A stretch of 64,000 bases of DNA from the NCBI GenBank assembly GCA_039028615.1, contig JBCCHT010000025.1, positions 1 to 64,000 on the forward strand. The letters are read 5' to 3'. Each line of letters begins with the position of its first letter. Within the stretch, counting starts at the first letter, position 1. The position numbers were made by a program, and so were the translations under genes. Of this stretch, positions 61,229 through 64,000 are shown piece by piece. Under the pieces are notes generated by a model. The model was not told where the DNA came from, did no database searches, and saw only the letters and a program-made list of their open reading frames with translations. The stretch is from Myxococcota bacterium (lineage in GTDB: Bacteria > Myxococcota_A > Polyangia > Nannocystales > Nannocystaceae).

Positions 61229-61917
61229 GGGGCGACCCCTTGCAGCTCGATCTCGTCCTCGGGGATGAACGGCGGCACGTCGCAGCAAAACAGCGTGGCC
61301 GGGTCGTCGCCCGGGTTGCGGTACTCGTGCGCCTGGCCGTGCTCCCACTCCACGGGCACCGTGGCATCGACCGCTTGCCCGCCGCGCTCGAGGTGGCCGC
61401 GCACCAGCCACTCCAGCTCTCGCATCACCCGATGGTGATGGCGGGGAATCTCGTGCCCCGGGGCGACGTGCAGCAGGTACAGGCCCGCTTCCTTGGTCTC
61501 GAGCAGGATCTCGACCTCGCCGAACACGGCCGACTCGCGCCGCACGGGAAAGTCGGCCCGGGTCCGCTGCACTCGGACCGCGCTCGCCTGCGCCTGGCCC
61601 AGCAGCGCGCGGGGCTTGGCGACACGCAGCTCCAGCTCCTCGAGCGCGGCGTACTCGCCAAAGAGCATCGCCGAGATTTCGTGCGCCGCGTTCTCGAGCA
61701 GGCGATAGCGACGAAACCGCAGCAGCGCCCCGATGGTGGTGGCCACCTTCGCGTAGTCGATGGTGTCCAGGATGCTCGCGCTCTTGCCCGCGGGGGCCAG
61801 GTCGAGGCCCATGCGCAGATCGACGACGACCGGTTGCTCACGTTCGCGCTCGTCGGGGAGCACGCCCAGCACACAGTCGAGGCCAAGGCCGTCCAGCTCG
61901 ATGAAGTCGCGCGCCAC
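61225..61917 (-). CDS. folB: Dihydroneopterin aldolase fused to a cupin domain
   Basis: GV...ER...Q...VDL, TIDY, LLE, KP; cupin IPRHHH...E.E...G.L...H.Y.N. Confidence 0.8.
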   Translation of the reverse strand: MARDFIELDGLGLDCVLGVLPDEREREQPVVVDLRMGLDLAPAGKSASILDTIDYAKVATTIGALLRFRRYRLLENAAHEISAMLFGEYAALEELELRVAKPRALLGQAQASAVRVQRTRADFPVRRESAVFGEVEILLETKEAGLYLLHVAPGHEIPRHHHRVMRELEWLVRGHLERGGQAVDATVPVEWEHGQAHEYRNPGDDPATLFCCDVPPFIPEDEIELQGVAP

Positions 61918-61988
61918 GGGGCGCGTAGCTATACCACCTTGTCCCCATGGCACGGGACCACCATCCGTTCTACGGTTAGCGAACTACC

Positions 61989-62462
61989 ATGTCTCGACGC
62001 TTGACCTTAGCGGCGCTGGCCGGGCTGCTCGTCGCCTCCGCTTGCATCATCAACACCACGGACGACGACGATTCCTCGGGCGATTCGTCCAACGCCACCA
62101 CCACCGGCAACGGCAACGACTCCTCCGGCTCGAGCGCGACCCCGGCGTCCAGCACCAGCGACGCCAACAGCAGCACCGCGGCCCCGGGAGAAAGCACCGC
62201 CGCGGCGGAAACCTCCAGCGCAGGCGGCGCATGCGGCTGGGGCCAGACGGGCGACGCCGACGTCCCCGAGGGCTACATCTGTGGCGGCGAGGGGGCGGAC
62301 CCCAGCGAAAACTTCCCCATGGACTGCCCCGCCGAGGCCACCCTCGAGGTCGGGGCGGCCTGCGCGGGCATCGAAGGCCCGGGCTGCTGCGATGCCGACG
62401 GCAACGTCTGGTTCTGCGGCGACGACGGCTCGGGCCCCGCGCTCGTGCGCACCGAGTGCTGA
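61989..62462 (+). CDS. Small Cys-rich lipoprotein
   Basis: Lipobox ASAC, Ser/Thr linker, Cys cluster. Confidence 0.8.
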   Translation: MSRRLTLAALAGLLVASACIINTTDDDDSSGDSSNATTTGNGNDSSGSSATPASSTSDANSSTAAPGESTAAAETSSAGGACGWGQTGDADVPEGYICGGEGADPSENFPMDCPAEATLEVGAACAGIEGPGCCDADGNVWFCGDDGSGPALVRTEC

Positions 62463-62481
62463 GCGCTCAGCGGGTCGGGAC

Positions 62482-63999
62482 TCAGGACCGCACGATCACG
62501 GTGGTGCCGGGGCTGCCCTCGTGGGCGTGCACGCCGTGCCAGCCCTCGGGGAGGAACGGCGTGGTCCAGTTGAACAGCCAGCGCGCATCGGTGGGCCCCA
62601 GGTTCACGCAGCCGTGGCTGCGCACGCGACCGAAGCCGTTGTGCCAGAAGGCGCCGTGTAGGGCGTAGCTGCCCTCGAAGAACATCGCCCACGGAACGTC
62701 CTGAATGGAGTAGTTGCCGTCCGAGGCCGTGCCGCCGTCCATGGTGGTGGACACGTGCTTGCTGCGGATGCGGAAGCGACCGGGCGGGGTGTCGAAGGGC
62801 TCTTCTTCCGTGCCCTTGCGACCGGTGGACACGAGCGTGACGAAGACCGGCTTGTCTCCCTCGTAGGCCACGAGCATCTGCTTGGCGAGGCTGACGTCGA
62901 CCCAGCGCTCCCAGGGCTCGACGCCCTCGGGCACGGGCTGGGGCTCGGCGAGGCGTAGCTCCTTCTTGCGGAGGAGCTGACCGTCGGTGGTCATCATGTA
63001 CGCCTTGCCGTCCACGTCGATCTCCTCGGTGAGGTCCACGAAGGTGCGGCGCTCGAGCGACTTGCCCGTGGGCTTGACCTTGCCGTCCTCGTCGAGCTCG
63101 AACAGCTTGGCCTCTTTGACCATGGCGTAGCCGAACGGGAAGTTGGACTCCTCGCCGAGCTGCACGCCCTGGAAGTCTTTGGCCTCGTACTTGTACGCCG
63201 CGCCCGTCTCCACGTAGGCCCCGCGCGCGGTGTGCCACCAGGTCTTGCCCTCTTCGGTCAGCTTGTCGCCCAAGCTGATGAAGAAACCCTTCTCGAGCCA
63301 CGGGTTCTGGGGGTTGAGCGGCAGGGGAGGCAGCGCGGGCTCTTCGGGCTCGGCCTCCGCGAGCACGGTGGGCTCGGCGGATCCCGGCGCGGGCGTGGCG
63401 GGCTCGGCTGCGGGTGCGGCCGGCGTGGGCTCGGCGGCGGCGGGCGCAGGTGCGGGCGCGGGCGGATCGTCGACCGAAGGCAACGCGGACAGATCGGTGG
63501 GCTTGGCGGGCTCGGCCTTGGCCGGCTCGGCGGCGGGATCGGCCTTCACGGGCGTGGCCGTGGGCTCGGCCTTGGCCGGCTCGGACCCGGGCAGCGGCTT
63601 GCCCTCGCGGATCGCCTCGCGAACCTCTCGCTCGTCGGTGGCTCGCTTCTGCTCGGCGGCGTTGGGCACCCGCCACCACATGGCGCTGTTCCACTTGCGC
63701 ACGTAGGCGTAGTCGTAGGGCAGCGCCTCGTCGGTCCGCGGGGGCGGAGGCGGCCGATGCAGATACGGCGGCCGCTTGCGATCGACCACCAGGCCTCGGC
63801 TCGCACACGCGAAGCCGCCCTCGGGCAGGCCGTACCACCCCTTGGGGCAGCCATCGGTGCCGGCCTTCTCGGTGACCATCATGCGCGTGCCCAAGCGCAG
63901 GTAGCCGAGCTTGGGCGCGTCGATGTCGGCGCGGGCATAGACCGCGACCACCTCGTAGCCCGCCATCGCGTGGATGACGAGGTCCTCGGCCGCAGGCAC
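62482..63999 (-). CDS. L,D-transpeptidase (YkuD) with SH3-like N-terminal region; 5' end lies outside the window
   Basis: WVDVSL..Q.L.AYEG, VSTG, TP.G.F, ALHGAFWH..FG...SHGCVNL. Confidence 0.92.
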   Translation of the reverse strand: MPAAEDLVIHAMAGYEVVAVYARADIDAPKLGYLRLGTRMMVTEKAGTDGCPKGWYGLPEGGFACASRGLVVDRKRPPYLHRPPPPPRTDEALPYDYAYVRKWNSAMWWRVPNAAEQKRATDEREVREAIREGKPLPGSEPAKAEPTATPVKADPAAEPAKAEPAKPTDLSALPSVDDPPAPAPAPAAAEPTPAAPAAEPATPAPGSAEPTVLAEAEPEEPALPPLPLNPQNPWLEKGFFISLGDKLTEEGKTWWHTARGAYVETGAAYKYEAKDFQGVQLGEESNFPFGYAMVKEAKLFELDEDGKVKPTGKSLERRTFVDLTEEIDVDGKAYMMTTDGQLLRKKELRLAEPQPVPEGVEPWERWVDVSLAKQMLVAYEGDKPVFVTLVSTGRKGTEEEPFDTPPGRFRIRSKHVSTTMDGGTASDGNYSIQDVPWAMFFEGSYALHGAFWHNGFGRVRSHGCVNLGPTDARWLFNWTTPFLPEGWHGVHAHEGSPGTTVIVRS

Positions 64000-64000
64000 G

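Overview
High-GC (~70%) bacterial chromosome segment. The gene content points to a myxobacterium, probably Nannocystaceae-like (inference): Cys-rich lipoproteins, many Ser/Thr kinase-TPR and ECF sigma pairs, FG-GAP lipoproteins and an L,D-transpeptidase. There are about 60 plausible CDSs and no rRNA, tRNA or CRISPR array. Housekeeping-type genes include a cyclophilin, aroA, an RlmD-like methylase, GST, GH63, sdpR/sdpI-like genes, a folB fusion, an MBL hydrolase and a Rieske-glutamate synthase-like protein. Most notable: (1) a sigma54 ribosome rescue/RNA repair locus with a CARF/RtcR-like activator divergent from rtcB2-prfH and a very basic fourth ORF, with a readable -24/-12 promoter and three palindromic UAS copies (40.6-44.6 kb); (2) a ~10 kb kinase/ECF/orphan-protein cluster in which five genes share an AAAW-N17-CAC upstream motif (30.2-40.1 kb), plus a second ECF-kinase-orphan module at 56-60 kb; (3) an MNIO (DUF692)/bufferin-like RiPP locus with a lipoprotein-type two-core precursor next to a divergent AraC (46.9-50.7 kb); (4) a stand-alone SIR2-like gene followed by a Cys-motif ORF; (5) a decayed mobile region at 0-1.5 kb containing a candidate structured RNA. 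All calls come from motif reading by eye, and start codons are best estimates.
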